The notes beneath the pieces are model-generated. The model was not told the origin of the DNA. It made no database searches and was given only the letters and a program-made list of their open reading frames with translations. Below are positions 1 through 13,725 of a DNA stretch of 64,000 nucleotides, piece by piece. This DNA comes from Marsupella aquatica (lineage: Eukaryota; Plantae; Marchantiophyta): NCBI GenBank assembly GCA_973895155.1, contig OZ316891.1:2471324-2535323 (forward strand), in the 5' to 3' direction. Within the stretch, counting starts at the first letter, position 1, and every line of letters starts with the position of its first letter. Both the position numbers and the translations under genes were made by a program.

Positions 1-189
1 CTTAGAGCTTGATTAATCTGAACGTACCTACATTGAATCCGAACCTAGATATGCACAATCTGAAGCTGACAAATTGTGCTGGCTGGGTGCGTGGGAATTC
101 AAACACTATTCAGATATTAGCAATCCCATTCAAGAACAACACGCGTAGCTTGCAATAGTAGGATCAACCTTCAAGCTCATTTCACTCAC

Positions 190-1271
190 CTTCAAACTTA
201 ACGTCTTGGGTTGCCTCCTTAAAAAGAACAGGGAGGATTGAAATGCTTCTCTGGACTTTGTTGAAGAACTGCATCCGGTTGTTCGATCAGAAGTAATTAT
301 TTAAGTATGCCAATCGCTGAACTTTCTAGTAGAGTTCTTGTCAACTATGCATCTAATTATATGTAGGATTGTAGCTGAATTTACGCGCCTACCATCCGCA
401 AGCATGGACCCGCGCCGGTCTCTTCATATTCGATCAATGTCCAGTATAATGGCAATCCACTTCGTTTATATATAACTTCTAACACCCGCAAGCATGGACC
501 AGGTTTCTAAATAGCTTCATATTCGACCAATGTCCAGCATAATGGCAATCCACTTCGTTTATAACTTCATATTAGACTATTGTCCATTATATTTTCAATA
601 CACTAGGAATCCACTTTGTTTGGTTGTACAGGGATAATCATGCATGTTACCTTACGAGTGCAAACCATTTTCCTCATATCGTCCCAAGTAAGCCTGGGCC
701 CTTCGACGGAAGGGTCTTTGTTTTTGAGAATCTCTTGGTGCTCAGCCTGCTCACATAGTATGAGGGTTAGTATTGTAGAAGATCTGAGAAGAATAGAAGT
801 GATAAAAGCAGAGAACGGGAGGCTGGGGCGTATACACATGCACATATAATTGAGTGACGACCAATATGGTGATATTGGGTGCTGGCATATTTCAATAAAA
901 TACCATTGATGACGTTCAAATATTCTACTGTCATTTCAAGCTACAGACCTCTAGATATCCGAAGGCCATGCCGGATTCAAACCGAGAAGCAAAGCATTCT
1001 CCGTACCTGGCAACGGCGAAAGACCTCCGGATAGTCAATCAGATACTTAAGGATCCATACAAGAGTCGTCGAGGTAGTGTCAGAAGCACCGACGTTTATC
1101 AAAACCATGTTCTCGGCAAGCGTGAAATCATCGAGATGCTTCAGCTCTTCTAGCGCTTCAGGATCATCCCGAGCTGCCAATAGAGCTCCGAAGAAAACGC
1201 CCTCGAAAGTCTTCTGGCCCTTCGTCGGCTCAATCAGACTTTGGGAAGTGTGCTATCAAATTTGCCCGTGC
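190..1271 (-). pseudogene. Cytochrome P450 (CYP85-clan-like) pseudogene, internal exons only
   Basis: GT-AG exons 1271-1007 (I-helix VGASDTTSTTLVWILKYL), 746-651 (AEHQEILKNK...LTWDDMRKM) and a 79-bp exon 268-190 (FFNKVQRSISILPVLFKEATQDVKFEG) of the size and phase typical of CYP85-clan genes. There is a +1 frameshift near 1244 (the exon is 265 bp), the K-helix ExxR reads KVQR, and MULE sequence lies where the upstream exons are expected. Confidence 0.82.
396..568. repeat. Imperfect tandem duplication (~85-90 bp) in a P450 intron
   Basis: ccgcaagcatggacc...cttcatattcga(t/c)caatgtccag(t/c)ataatggcaatccacttcgtttata starts at ~396 and again at ~487. Confidence 0.85.
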
Positions 1272-1429
1272 CTGATGAAGACAAACACCCCTATATTTCT
1301 TTCAACAAAATTTGTAAAGTCTTCTGCGCAATTGAATTAAAACAACCCTTCGTGTGCGATGGGTCAAAAGAAAAGAAATGAGGACCCCGGGACCTCTCCT
1401 TGCTCTAGACTGCACACACACACACACTA

Positions 1430-2777
1430 AGTCTACATACCCTCAGATGCTATTGGTGGCCACAGTTTTAGCCAGAGTTTTAGATGCCAACAACATTGTT
1501 ATGGTTTTGCCATATTGCATGCATGGTTCCATCAAAGAATGAACAACACTAGTTGACATTTCTGAAGTTGTTGCATGAAGCAATCCCAGAGTTGTCTACT
1601 ACTACTGGTACTGTTTTCATTTTCATTTCTAACAGAGAAAAGGGTCTTCATAATGCTGTGAATGAGGTATTCCCTAGATCATTCCATGCATTTTGCACAT
1701 GGCAGTCAGGAAAGAATTTACAAACTAAGTCATTCTAACAAGGCAGTCCGGAAAGCATTCAATGGACTAGTTTATGTTGCCAATGAAGACGAGTCCATGA
1801 GGAACCTTAATAGACCAAATTGCAGATGAGTACCCATCAGCACATGAGTACCTTGTCAAGATAGACCACTGATCCAGCTCATTATTCGAGAGCATTTATG
1901 CCTTGTCCCAGGTAAGCATGACAATTACACACTATTCTTGGTTTTTTCAACTACTGGCTAGAACTAGCATAACATAATCTGTGAGACCAGTCAAGGACTA
2001 ACAATTTTTACTATATATTGTCACTATTAGGTGGCCGGGGACATGAGACATCTCAACAGGCAGAGAGTACCAATCGAGCACTCAAAATCAGAATGCCAAG
2101 AAGTAGCATTCGAGCAGTCAAACCTCATTTGGAACTACATGATGAAGCACTACTATGGGAAGAGGATGCTAGCTGAGTCCTAACCACACCGTTCCCTCCA
2201 AATATAATGGTTATATTAAGAGACCTACATGAGAACTCAGGCCTTCCAACTTGTTGCAGATGAAATCCCTCATTCAAGCCCTACAAAGGTCAGAAAGGTC
2301 AGAATTACAGATTCTCTGGGCAGGCATTTCTTGGTCACTTTAGACCCTGTTCAGGAATGTTCGTGTGGAGATTGGCAAGATGTGAGCAATCCACGTATTC
2401 ATGCTTGGAGACCCATTACAAGGCTGCATCTTTGCCATAATTGTGATTTTGTCTCAAAGCTTTATTCTACAAAATCATTCAGACTACAGTATAGTGCTAG
2501 TATTCCTGCTATTTTGAAGGATGACCTACAACCTGATACATGGTGTGGCCCACCCTTGAAAAGACGGAAGCAAGGATGTCCAACTGAGAAACGAAGGCTT
2601 AGGTTCCCACAAGACGGAGTCTGTTTGCAAGCAAGGGGTCATGACAAACGTACCTGCCAGCTTCTGAAACACCACCTTGGAACTGGGCAAGGCAAGGACA
2701 TGCACAACATTGGCATACAGGAGTTAGACAACTCAAGTGATTCTGAGGATGATACGAAAGAGGTGAGGATGTTGTAA
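1430..2777 (+). mobile_element. Degenerate Mutator-like (MULE) transposase
   Basis: Fragmented ORFs with MULE motifs: LLVAT..LDANN (~1445-1500), FISNREKGLHNAVNEVFPRSFHAFCTW (ISDRxKGL...FP...HxxC; ORF 1553-1738), SWIM-like CSCGDWQ...RIHA and knuckle-like CLQARGHDKRTC (ORF 2229-2777). Several stops and frameshifts. Confidence 0.85.
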
Positions 2778-2808
2778 ATATTCAGTAGTCAGCCGCTTTT
2801 ATAGATAA

Positions 2809-3310
2809 CTAGCCCAATGCCTGTGCATTGCACAAAAGATGTTGAGGTGAAAAAAGATGTCGGTGTGAAATAAGTTGTCAATGAGAGAAAAAGATGTCGA
2901 GGTGAAGAAAAAATGTTGGTGTGAAAAAAGTTGTCGACGAGAGAAAAAAAATTCAAGGCAAAGAAAAGATGTTGGCGTGAAAAAAGTTGCTGATGAGAGA
3001 AAAAGATGTTGAGGTGAGGAATAGAAATCAAAGTGAAAAAAATTGTTGAGGAGAGAAAAGATGACGAAGTAGAAAAAGACATAAAGATGAGGAAAACATG
3101 TCGAGAAGAGAAAAGATGTTGAGGGTGAGGGAAAGATGTCGTGGTGAGGTACGAACACAAAAAATGCCCGTGCATTGCACAGAAGATATTAAGGTGAAGA
3201 AACAATGTTGAAAGGAGAAAAAAATGTCGAGGTGAGGCAAAGTTATTGAGGAAACACAAAAAATATGAAGGCAAACTCATTCACTATGCGCCACAAAAAA
3301 GATGTAGCAT
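2809..3310 (-). mobile_element. Helitron-type 3' terminus with subterminal tandem array
   Basis: The minus strand reads TGTGCAATGCACA (hairpin, 2834-2822), GGCATTGGG, CTAG|T (2812-2809), the canonical plant Helitron 3' end. It adjoins ~25 degenerate ~20-bp units (aaaagatgttgaggtgag...) and an internal hairpin copy at ~3167. Confidence 0.72.
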
Positions 3311-5100
3311 AAAAATGTCATTGTTTGATGGTGTTAGTTTGTCATTGTTGCAAAAATATTGTCATTTTGGTCATTATTGTGAACATGTAGGTGCAAGATG
3401 GGTGACAATGACCATTACATCAAAGAGTCATAGCATGATCACCCAAAAAACTGATGCAATTTTTATTAAAATTAAAATTATTAATATTTTAAATACACAA
3501 ATATCTACATGCTTATTTTTTTTAATGGGGGAGGAGGGGGGGGGGGCATGGAATTAATAATCAAATGGTGAAAAAAAAATCACCCAAAAGATCTAATGGC
3601 TGTCATTCATTCTAGCCCCAAATGCATTTTGTAATGGGATGAAGGACTAAAAAGAACAGGATTCAATATTATAGATGTAGATTCTGAAGACTGTGATCCA
3701 TTGTTAACCTGTCCAGTTGAAATGGTACTTTCACATCTCTTCTGGCCGGTTGTCCGGCACATTTCAGTTGCAACCTTAATAGGCCAAAGGCTACTGTCGT
3801 CCCCATTTTCCACCAGTTTTTTCGTAATTTGTAAAGGGATGTTTTTTGTTCACCGTGCCCTGTGTGCTGGTTGCATTGTAACGTGTTAATGAACATGCCC
3901 AAATGTCCCGCAAAAGCACATATTGTGTGCAAGTTTGAACAATTTTTAGTTTCCCAGAGAACTGATGTGAACGTTTCCCTTTTGTTTTTCATATGGTAGT
4001 GAACGCTGTCTCCGCTTTTACATTGCTGCCCCTAGGGAGTCCCATGGATGATGGAGTCTATCGTAGGTGTGACATTCTGTGAACCTGCCCACACAATCTA
4101 CTTTCGTAGGATCTCCACACATCTTTTCCCTGCCTTCTGGACTCCCCCCACTTTCTGGAATTGAAGAAGTAAAAGAATTCTCTTTCTAATCTCTTCTCGT
4201 AGTTTGAATCAAGTGATTTGCCAGGACACAATGTGACAAAAGAAATGTGCCCCTGCATGAGTCAACCCCTTCCAAGTAGTAGAAATATGGTTCTCACAGA
4301 GTGCTATGGCACTAAATCAGTGTTATACAGTAATATTGTGCTACCAAGAGGATGGGGATGTATTTAAATTGACTTTGAAGTGGGGAGAGGAGTCGTACAC
4401 GTGACACTACACGTGTAACAATTTCTCACTGTACTACCCCACTTACATGTGATAGTTTTGATTGTCCCAATTCTCATGTTGTCAACTCACTTTCCAGGCT
4501 TAATCTCCATTATGGTGTTGTTCTTCAACTCCAAACTATGGAGCACCAGAATCATTACCTGAAAGGCATCGTCCTCCAAGGATTCAAGTCACGTAGGGAG
4601 CTTTCTGGCTACCAGTTTGGACATTGGCATGCTCTATTACAATGACAATGAACTTGCCCAAGACAGGCATGTCACGATGTTCAACTGCCTGCTTTATTGT
4701 AGAAGGTTTTCAGTGTATTCCAGTCTTTGTGTCCATGGACAGATGAGGCTAGGAAAGGACATCGCCATCCAGTATGTGTGTTGCTTGAAACTGGAAAAGA
4801 TCGAACTCCAAGTCTGTAATTAGTTCCGATTTTAGTTTTTTGCGGTCGTCTACAAGCCGAGTAGTCAATCGATGGTATCTAGACTCGGACGGATGTGACG
4901 TATTCACTCAGTTTTACGTTACGTAGTCTCCAAACCCACTGACTCAAGTTGCAACCTTATTTCCATGCCAAGGGCGATGCAGCACATATTCCCTTTCCCC
5001 AGACTTCCCTATCACCAGACAACTCAAGGTGTTGAAAAACACAATATTTTAATATACTTGATACAGGAATGCTTTCTAGGTCACTAGCAAATTACTAGCA

Positions 5101-8100
5101 CTACTTAAGAATTTCCCACTCCCAAATAAGATCTGGGACTCTCTGAGAAGAATCAGTTAAAAGACCAGCAGGAACAGCTGTTGGTGGGCCTTCTTCTTTC
5201 TGCCCTGGTAACCTATCGACAGACTCCAATAGTTTCACTTCAGCTTGTCGCACTGAGTCTTGCTGTACAGAGATGAAATGCAACATAGCTTGCTGCAGTC
5301 GCCGGGCAATGCTTTCATGCCCTAACTGCAAGAGGGCCTGCAGGAGCAAACGATGTTCCACTGTAGAGTCTCTGCCCAGAGCCATACCTTTTAAATACTC
5401 CGCAAGTGCCAGATCCTCATCAGGACTGCAAGAAATTGTAGCAGACAAGTATATCAAGGTCAGATAAATATAAACATCAGCTCGTATCTCATCTATCCAC
5501 TGCACTCAATGTTATGAATACCAAACAGCATCAGGAAAATGCTTACTTGAGCACATTATCAGCCATTCGTAAAATTATTAGGTTTCTTGTCCCCAACTAT
5601 TGGCGAAATCTTAACAATAGACACGATACCAGATTCGTTCTCTAAGTGTTACAGATTCATTCCAACTGCAACTGGGATGCCATACTGTACATTATTAAGG
5701 TGCAGAATATGCGCCAAGACGTTCTCAAATGACGGTGCCACCCCGTGTTATCTATTCGTTTCTATCATACTAGAACTTTGAAAATCGGTAGAAAGCCATT
5801 GTGGGACTGGAAACATTTGAGAACTTCATGATTTGCCTTTGGCTTTCAATTTATTTTCTTAGTTTTCAATTATCTGTAGTTGTTTGTTTACTTTGTTAAT
5901 AAAGGTACCTAAATCGATATTGAGCATTAAGCCTCAATTTGATGCATTGGCTCATACTTCACGGATCGAAAGAGGAGCACCGACTTTATTCAGCAAACCC
6001 AATTCTCACGAGGTAACGGAAAAGACACTAAAGTTGAAGTGTCCATCAACATTGACACCCGAGCCCGAGAAAACGTAAGTTTACCTGCCAGCCCTAATTC
6101 TTCCTCCTTGAGACTTGTGGGCTCGACCTTGCTTTCTCCCTCCTTTCCCACGGGCTGAGGACGTTGCACTTTGTGTTCTTGTAGTCCTGTCGCGAAATTT
6201 TATGAACAGTCTCAGACGCGTGGTGTACATCAGTGACACCAAAGGCTGACCAGTAACAGACACCAAAGAATAAGGGAGGATCAAGGTAAACGTACCCGTG
6301 TGTATATGCGCTAAATCCACTTAATCCAGAGACATTGCTGTGGGTGCTGCTGGCAAGGCTAATATCTGAAGATGCATCATCATCTACTTTCTCCCCGCCT
6401 TCATTATCGGTTTTAAGTTTAGCTGCAAGCACCGTCTTACGTTGATGGATAGCTTGGAATCTTGCAAGATACTTCCCTACCTTTTCTATACCCTCCTGGA
6501 ACTCTTTAAGTTGGGTGCTTGCACTGTCAAGTACAGCAGGCTCTAGCCGCGAGGTCACCAAATCCTTTCTTTCATGTAGATAAGCCAAACGAACCACCTC
6601 CAACCAGTCATGTGCTTCAAGCAGAAGTGAAACTGCGCCCTCTACATCTCTACCATAATCAAGTGCCAATTTAGCTGCCTCTCGAGGCCTACCCATGGCT
6701 TGAAGTTCATCCCGGAGCTCAGTGGCAATTTCCACAATTTCAGTTGGTGACTTCCCTAGTCGAGCTGCGATAGTCATTGCATTCTCCCACAAACCTCCGA
6801 ATCTGTATGCTGCTAGGGCCTTCTCAAAACTCGAAGAGACACAGAAAGTGGCACCAGCATCCTCAAACTTGCCTTCCTCCACCAGATAGTCCCCCCAGGC
6901 ATCCAACAGAATAGTCCTCTTCTCACCATCCTTAAAAATCTGGAGGCCGGAAGGAAATAATGTGGGATGAGCCCTGACCAGTTCAATGCAGGTTGCGAAG
7001 TGATCACTTCCCATATCTGCACAATTTCTCAAAGCACTTTCGTACTTTCCTAATCTACAATCTATATTATATCTCATTTGTGCCGCTGGCATATTTCCAA
7101 GCTCTTCAAGAAGCGGTAAAAATTCTTTCGGGTCCTTTTGTGAATTAGATGCCACCATTGCTGCCAGATGCAAGTCATAGAGTCCTAAGGCTGCATCAAA
7201 AATACAATCTGCATCTGAAAGCCAAATCAAATGCTTGACAGCGGCCTCTGCACTCAGGTTTCCCTTCAAACTGGACATGCCCCCTCCCCTTATACACTGG
7301 ACCTCAGCCTCCCGCAAAGCTTTGATTCGCCCGAGTGCAGCTTCCAGTTCAGGTGGGTCACTGCATGCAAGGGTAGTCAATAGACACAATTCCCGACCAG
7401 GGCTGTCATCTACTTCTTTCTCCAATGCAGTTCTAATTGCTCTGAGAACTTCTTGTACTTTATGACCTTTTGATTCAACCAGCCCTGTTGGCTTACGAAA
7501 ATTATAATTGCCATTAATTGGTTCCGACTGCACATTTTGAACTACCATGTTGACCTTGTGATAGACAGGTATGAGGTTTTTGTATGTGGTTTCCAGAACA
7601 TTCTCATTTGTCAAGGCCTGTATCACTTCAGTAATATGACTGAGGTTCTGCACCTGCTTTACAAAAGAGTGAGCTGCCTGGGAGAATTCCTCCCATCCCT
7701 TGTAATCAACTAGAACATTCGGATTTATGTGGTGCCTCCTCGCCAAAAGTACGGCGTCCTGGAAGTTCTCCTGATTCAAGGCAGTAGCAATGGCTCCAAG
7801 GACCAGCCCTCTTGGATAGATAGTCTCTAAGTTTCCACGTACAGTTTGCAAAATCACGGCTACATCCGTACCACCTATTGTGCTCACTAATTGAGCACCC
7901 CTTTCCCACAACGATCGAACTCTCAAATTGTCCGTTCCCAGTTTGACTCCCTTGAGCATCCTTGCTCTAGACTTTCCCACCAGTGTCGTAGGATGGTCTG
8001 CCTTTCCAACAAGCGATAAGCTGGATATATCTTTCACTTCCTCTAGTGAGAAATCTCCCGCCAAGATTTCCTTCAAGTTAATTACATGCATTGAATCACC

Positions 8101-11100
8101 CTTCGTCGTGAAAACCAAATGAGTGATTTTGCTCTCCATATCATCTGCGAAGCTTTCGTGTATTGTGAAACTGGTACAATCATTGCTCACCATTTGATCA
8201 TCGACCTGAAGTCTCCCACCCAGGTCCAAGCCAATCAGAACCACAACGGTCACCCCAGAATTGAAATGGGAAATTGAATGCATCCAAGGTGAAGGTGACG
8301 CAAATCTCACACTTGTCGCAGAACTATCGCCACTCTGTAGCTTCATTATTGCCCCGCCAGATGTGTAAACAACTACCGATCCATCTAAGAGCTGAACAAA
8401 GGCCTCTGACTTCCTTGTTTCACTTTTCCCGGAGAAACTGTTTAATGGACTAGCAGCCATTGCCGCGACTGGCAGGTCAAGTAAAGTTTGATTGACCAAT
8501 CTGAGTACCCACTTCTCTGAGAAGTCAGAGGTTCTGTCCACCAAGATTTCGGAACAATTCTCGTTTTTGGGCAGTAGTTCCAATTCAACCAAGAATTCGC
8601 GGTTCAGATCTGGCATACTGGAAGGACCATTGTTGGACACAGCACTATGTTCTGAATTTGATATCACGTCACAGAAAAGTGACCCTATCAAATTTGTAGA
8701 GCTCAACCACAGGATATGCCGGAGTTTACCGAAATCCAAAGCAGCTTCGGAAACAACTGGTGAGGCTGAAAGTTCTGTACCTTCCAGATCATCCCACGAC
8801 GCTACGGTCGGTAGGTTGAACACACTTGCTGAACCATCTGCCAAGCCTGCTACAATCAGAAACCTGCTCGCGGTCTCGAAAATGGATGCCACAGTTTGCA
8901 CAGCAGATGGAAACTTTACCTTAAACGAAAACATAGGTGGTGGAATCATAGAATGTGAAAGTGAAGTGACAAGCAGGTTTCTACCATCAATGACAAACGC
9001 TGTGCTGCATCCCAAAACTGCGCTTTTCCAGCAAAGAGTGATTTTGTGGAAAAACCCGGAAGTGGTCCAACAGAGGAGGTGCAATGGCTTCTCCGAGTCC
9101 CAGGAAAAGTTCACATTATCTGATGCAGGATACCGCCATTCCTGCTTCAAATACCAATGGCAATTACTCCTGTTCCATACTTGAATGCCATCCCAATCAT
9201 TGTGTCGAATAAGGGTTGCCAAAAGTTCCGAATTGGCATTCCACTGGAGGGAATGTACTTTAGCTTCAGGTGCGGCCAATACTTCAAAAGATCCCCGTTT
9301 CAACCCATTCCTTTCGAAAAGCACAACTACTGGTGACTCTCTTGTATCTATGCGACTAGAAGCAGTGGTAATAAAAGAACCAGAAGGGCTCCAAGCAAGT
9401 GCCGGCTCTGGTAAGTTCAGAGGCTCTCCATTGGAATGCAAGGTGCCAGTTTCCCTCTCCCACACCATGAGTGAACTTGTTGAGCCAACTGTCCCTGGGG
9501 TCGATGACTCATCCTGAGCCTCCAATGTACTAAAGTATTTTCCATCCCCTCGCCAACTGATTTGCACACCGCCAGGACTTAAATGTGCTGACCTGCTGCT
9601 TCCCTACATGTAATATTATCTGTGAGCGTCCCCAGCCAAACGATAGAAGATGAGGAAACGCAACTAAAAATTATCCAAGGCAAGCATGACAAGAAAGCAC
9701 ATTCTAAGCATCCATTTGGTAGACGGCAGCAAGGCCCAGGCCAAACTTAATCTTACAACAAGAATAACAACGGACTCTCTGTAATTCCATAAATCGACCA
9801 TCTAGAGAAAGAAAAGTCAACACATAAAAGGAAAACAATAGATGAAATCTTGATTCAGTACAAGTCTTTTCTTAAGCAGAAACTCTGAGATTTGTACACT
9901 TCATTTGACACTAAAAACGAAACTCGGGTCTCTCTATCTTTTCATAAAAGATCACTGAAATTAATTTTGCCTTCTTACAAGTCCAGGAGCTCACGGTGAT
10001 GCATAAGTGCATCTGGCAAAGTATTCATGTCAAATCGCACACGCTAGTGATCCCACGAACGGTGGTTTTCTGAACAATGTTACAGCTTGCTGAGTTGCAT
10101 ACTACAGACTTAAACGTCGAGTTATATTAAAGGAACAAGTTTGCAGATGACGGTGATATTTGGAGAGGAACGATTAGCAAACACTTACCGGAGGCCGGTT
10201 GAGGGACATTTCATGTAAGACATCCCAATCTTGCGTCATTAGGAGAAGTTGCCCAAGTCCAGTGGCCACCACAAAGAGGTCTCCATCAGGACTCAGAGCC
10301 AGGCTCACAATGCCACCCTCAACGGCCCCCACCAATTCCACCTCCTGGGATCCAGGATCCACCTCGAAAATATCTCCGGCAGCCAATCCCAACACCAACA
10401 CCTCCTTATCCAGCAAAAACTCCATACAAACAATCCTGTCTACATCTTCTTGTATCTCGCCACCATTTAATAGTGCACCAGTAGAGCGAACCTGAAAACC
10501 CGACGAACAAGAATTTTCATGCAGAAGCTCAAATTCGTCTCAAAACAACATATGCCTAGACAATTCCCTAAAGTTTGCCATAAACGATGTATTTAGAGAT
10601 TCCAAAGGTTCTCCAAGTTACCATTACGGATCAGCTGCTCGTCGTTACTCAGCAATAACCATCTGAACTTTGCACTTCGAACTCAAATACATAGAAACAC
10701 GCCCTGTTCCCCAAACTTATAGCTCCCTTATCAAATCATCCCAATCGAGTAGATGCCCAAACACTAGATTGATTTTGAGCATATGTATTCATAGCATTCG
10801 CACAGGAACAACAACGTACTTATTTTAAGTACCAAACATAAAACCAAAAATGACTGTTCACGCAACCTCAATTCTAAACTGTCGAAGCGAAAGACTCCCC
10901 GGACCGCTGCTGCTGAATACATCACATCTCTCAAAAAGAATCATTGTACCAAAAAATAAATACGCACTACAAAAGGAAGACGAGCAAAGGAGAAAGAAAA
11001 CACCTCTCCGGCAGGACTAACGGTGTGAATGACGAAAGTATTGGAGGCCAGAAACATTCGGCCATGGTCTGAATCGTACGCTGCAGCCACAATGACCTCT

Positions 11101-11162
11101 CCCTTAGAAGAGTCAAGGGGCAAATTCACCCGCTCCTCTCGAAATACCTGCAAGTTCCGCAT
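5101..11162 (-). CDS. ELP1: Elongator complex protein 1 (IKI3 family), ~1398 aa
   Basis: Exons 11162-11004, 10491-10189, 9603-6296, 6186-6085, 5425-5101 (all GT-AG, 4197 nt, in frame). Motifs: MRNLQVF start, SPDGDL, ISWRGDGKYF, NCHWYLKQE, LQTVRGNLETIYPR, ALGLYDL...SQKDPKEFLP, and a C-terminal Ser-rich then basic tRNA-binding segment (RGKGGRKQGR...RIRAGSPDE). Confidence 0.96.
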
Positions 11163-12199
11163 CTCTGATCGCAATGTCGTCCAAACCTTTCCGCCAGCTC
11201 AGAGTTATGCCTTGCGTCACAAAATTGAGCTTGTGAGAAGCCCTTCACAACCAATTTTGCGCCGAAACAGAGCTTTGCAATCCCTATGAGATTCCTCGGC
11301 GATTGACTTAATAATGGGCCGCGACTTGGTTGCTGCTCCTGCGCAGGGTCATACCGACAATGCAGAATAATCAAAGGACATTAAACCCGATTTTCGTACC
11401 GACCATGCTTAAGAATTGGATTTGAATCACGCGTTTCAGTTCGTCTCTTCGCGCGGCAAGCACAAAGGCCTGGTGTGAACATGGAAGAATTCCCAATTGT
11501 GGCAGATTGAGCTCCGGAGTACGTGCACGGAGGGGGGACAGAGGAAGCGAACGGACAACGGAAAGAGCCAGTTATAAACCCTAAACCCTCGCTCTTTCAC
11601 TTCACTTTGCAATGTTGAAAATGGCAACAAAACATGAGATTAGAAAATGGCAGTGTACCGTCATTCTAAGACGAGAGTTAATTAAGGGGTTGATCCCGTT
11701 GGGCGACATATTCTATTGATGGGGCTCATTTTGTCAAATGAAATGTCATGATGGTGTAGATTAAGGGCCTGGAAACTGGAGATTTTGCATACAATAAAGT
11801 TCTGGGTAGAGGATGTTATGTACAACTATAATAAGGAATTGCGCCTTTTAGTCCTCCCTTCTAATACAGAAAAGTTCCTGGGCAAAAAAGATCCACAATC
11901 GTTGGATTCGAGTACCTGTTTTCCCTGACCATTGATGAAGGGAGTTTGCACCCCCTGACACATATGTGCCTCCCGCTGCCCCATAAATGCCCCAGCCCAA
12001 CTCCCTATGGGCCAGATCCTTGCACTGTACAACGCACGGGCATAGGGCTGGTGTGATATAATAACCTGAAGAGTGAGAGCTTCCACTAGAGTTTTGAGGG
12101 TCCATTATTATTATTACCCATAGTGTTCCAGATGTAGGACCTTACTACACTTAAAGACCTGAGAGATTTTTATTTTTCTAACTTTAGTAAAAGTAACAG

Positions 12200-12870
12200 A
12201 GAATCTTCTTAAAGAGGTTATCTAGATTTTGACCAGGACATTCTGCTCCCATAATGCCCTGAAAAATACAAAGGATCAGGAAGCTCAATTGCATAACACA
12301 ATGGAGCCCCTATAATGCACTCATGCATGGATTGCACTATGCTATAAGTGCAATAACACTCTGCACTTACCACTATTTTGGACTGAACAAGGAATATTTC
12401 TGCAAACAAGCAAGGTGTTTTATTTTCAGCAGGACTTAGTAAAGAGAAGTGAGCTCATACTTAAGGAAGCCCACAAAGAACCAGAGGAGAAAACAATGTT
12501 TTTTTTATTGCATTATTGCACAGTTTTAACACTCTACAAAGATTAAGAAATGTTCTCTTGCATTAAACCTATGGGTAAACCTCCTTAATCTGACAAGTCA
12601 TACCTTATTTGGAAAACAATATGCTAAGAAGGACTCGTCTGCCAAAGACAGCCTCGGAAGGCAGCCTGCATGAATTGTTGGAGTAAGTCATTTTCATGTT
12701 TTGCTCAAGGAAAAAATTGCGCACAGTGATCCAAAAATAAATATTTATGATGAGTGAAGATTTGGGGGAAAAAATGGATGGGCTTTGAGCCAACACAAAA
12801 AAATTATTCTTAGCTCACTTCAAGTGCATGAATTCAGATGGCAGTAGAGTATACTTGCTTCTACTGTAAG
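12200..12870 (-). repeat. Dispersed repeat (probable DNA-transposon relic), same family as 22040-22680
   Basis: The reverse complement of ~12670-12830 aligns by eye with 22055-22210 (cacttgaagtgag...tcttcactcatcataaat...gcaaaacat). Confidence 0.6.
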
Positions 12871-13725
12871 TACTACATAACTACAAAGTACATTTAATGG
12901 CTGAGTACAATCTAGCGTGTAGCCACTATATGGGAAGTACATTCCCATAAGAGTCTTTTTGGATTTTTCTGTATATGGAATTTTAATTTTTCTGTTGGAT
13001 AGATATATTTTTATTCACTCTTCTTTTCTTCTCTATTTTAATCACGTTGGAGGGAGGGTGAGAGGAAGGGAGAGAGAGAAAAGGAGGAAACAAGGGAAAA
13101 TGTTCTCTCTCCACCTTGGGCAAGAACCTTATGACCAATGACAACCGCATATGGTTGCAACAACAATAATAAAAGCTAAAGGTGTTTTCTTTGAGGCCAT
13201 GCATTCTCTTATATAGCATCGGAAAAAATCTCTTATTACTGTCCTGAGCCACTTACTCCTCTTCCCTTGCAAGTTTTAATTTCTCATTGCAAGTCATACA
13301 ATCTCTATACAATGTTGAGTCAGGCAAACACGACAAAAATGTCACTGGTCCAATCATAAGTGAACATAGTACCTGAAAATATGAGCAAATACACAGGATA
13401 CCCTTTACAAATGTACGGTCTCCCATATTTCTCCGTGCATATGCAGTTTGACATAAAGTCACCCTCATTTCTTTATATTGTATTTCTTCTGGGTTGCAGC
13501 TCAGATGGACTTAAAGTCACCCTCATTTTTTTTTGGTTGCAACTCCTTTGACTTTTATGGTCCAGGAGTTTGTAATACATTACCATTACCACCGTTACCA
13601 TATGTAGTAACACCCTTAATCCTATATGTACTAAAAAGCTAAAAACACCCAGGCAATCAAGGGAACCATTTACTTGTTCCTTTCACCTTGGGGAGGAAAG
13701 CGCTGTTGAAGTGAATGCCTTATTA

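Noticed and set aside
2789-3280. Long F/S/H/L-rich ORFs on the minus strand (also 50546-50761 and 48330-48581)
   Set aside because: They are translations of the ~20-bp tandem arrays and show no protein signal.
2835-3300. Array of repeated units that could suggest CRISPR
   Set aside because: The units are degenerate and contiguous with no unique spacers, the context is eukaryotic, and there are no cas genes.
6813-9517. Several ORFs overlapping ELP1 (e.g. 8492-9184 +, 230 aa)
   Set aside because: Antisense or alternative-frame shadows of the large ELP1 exon.
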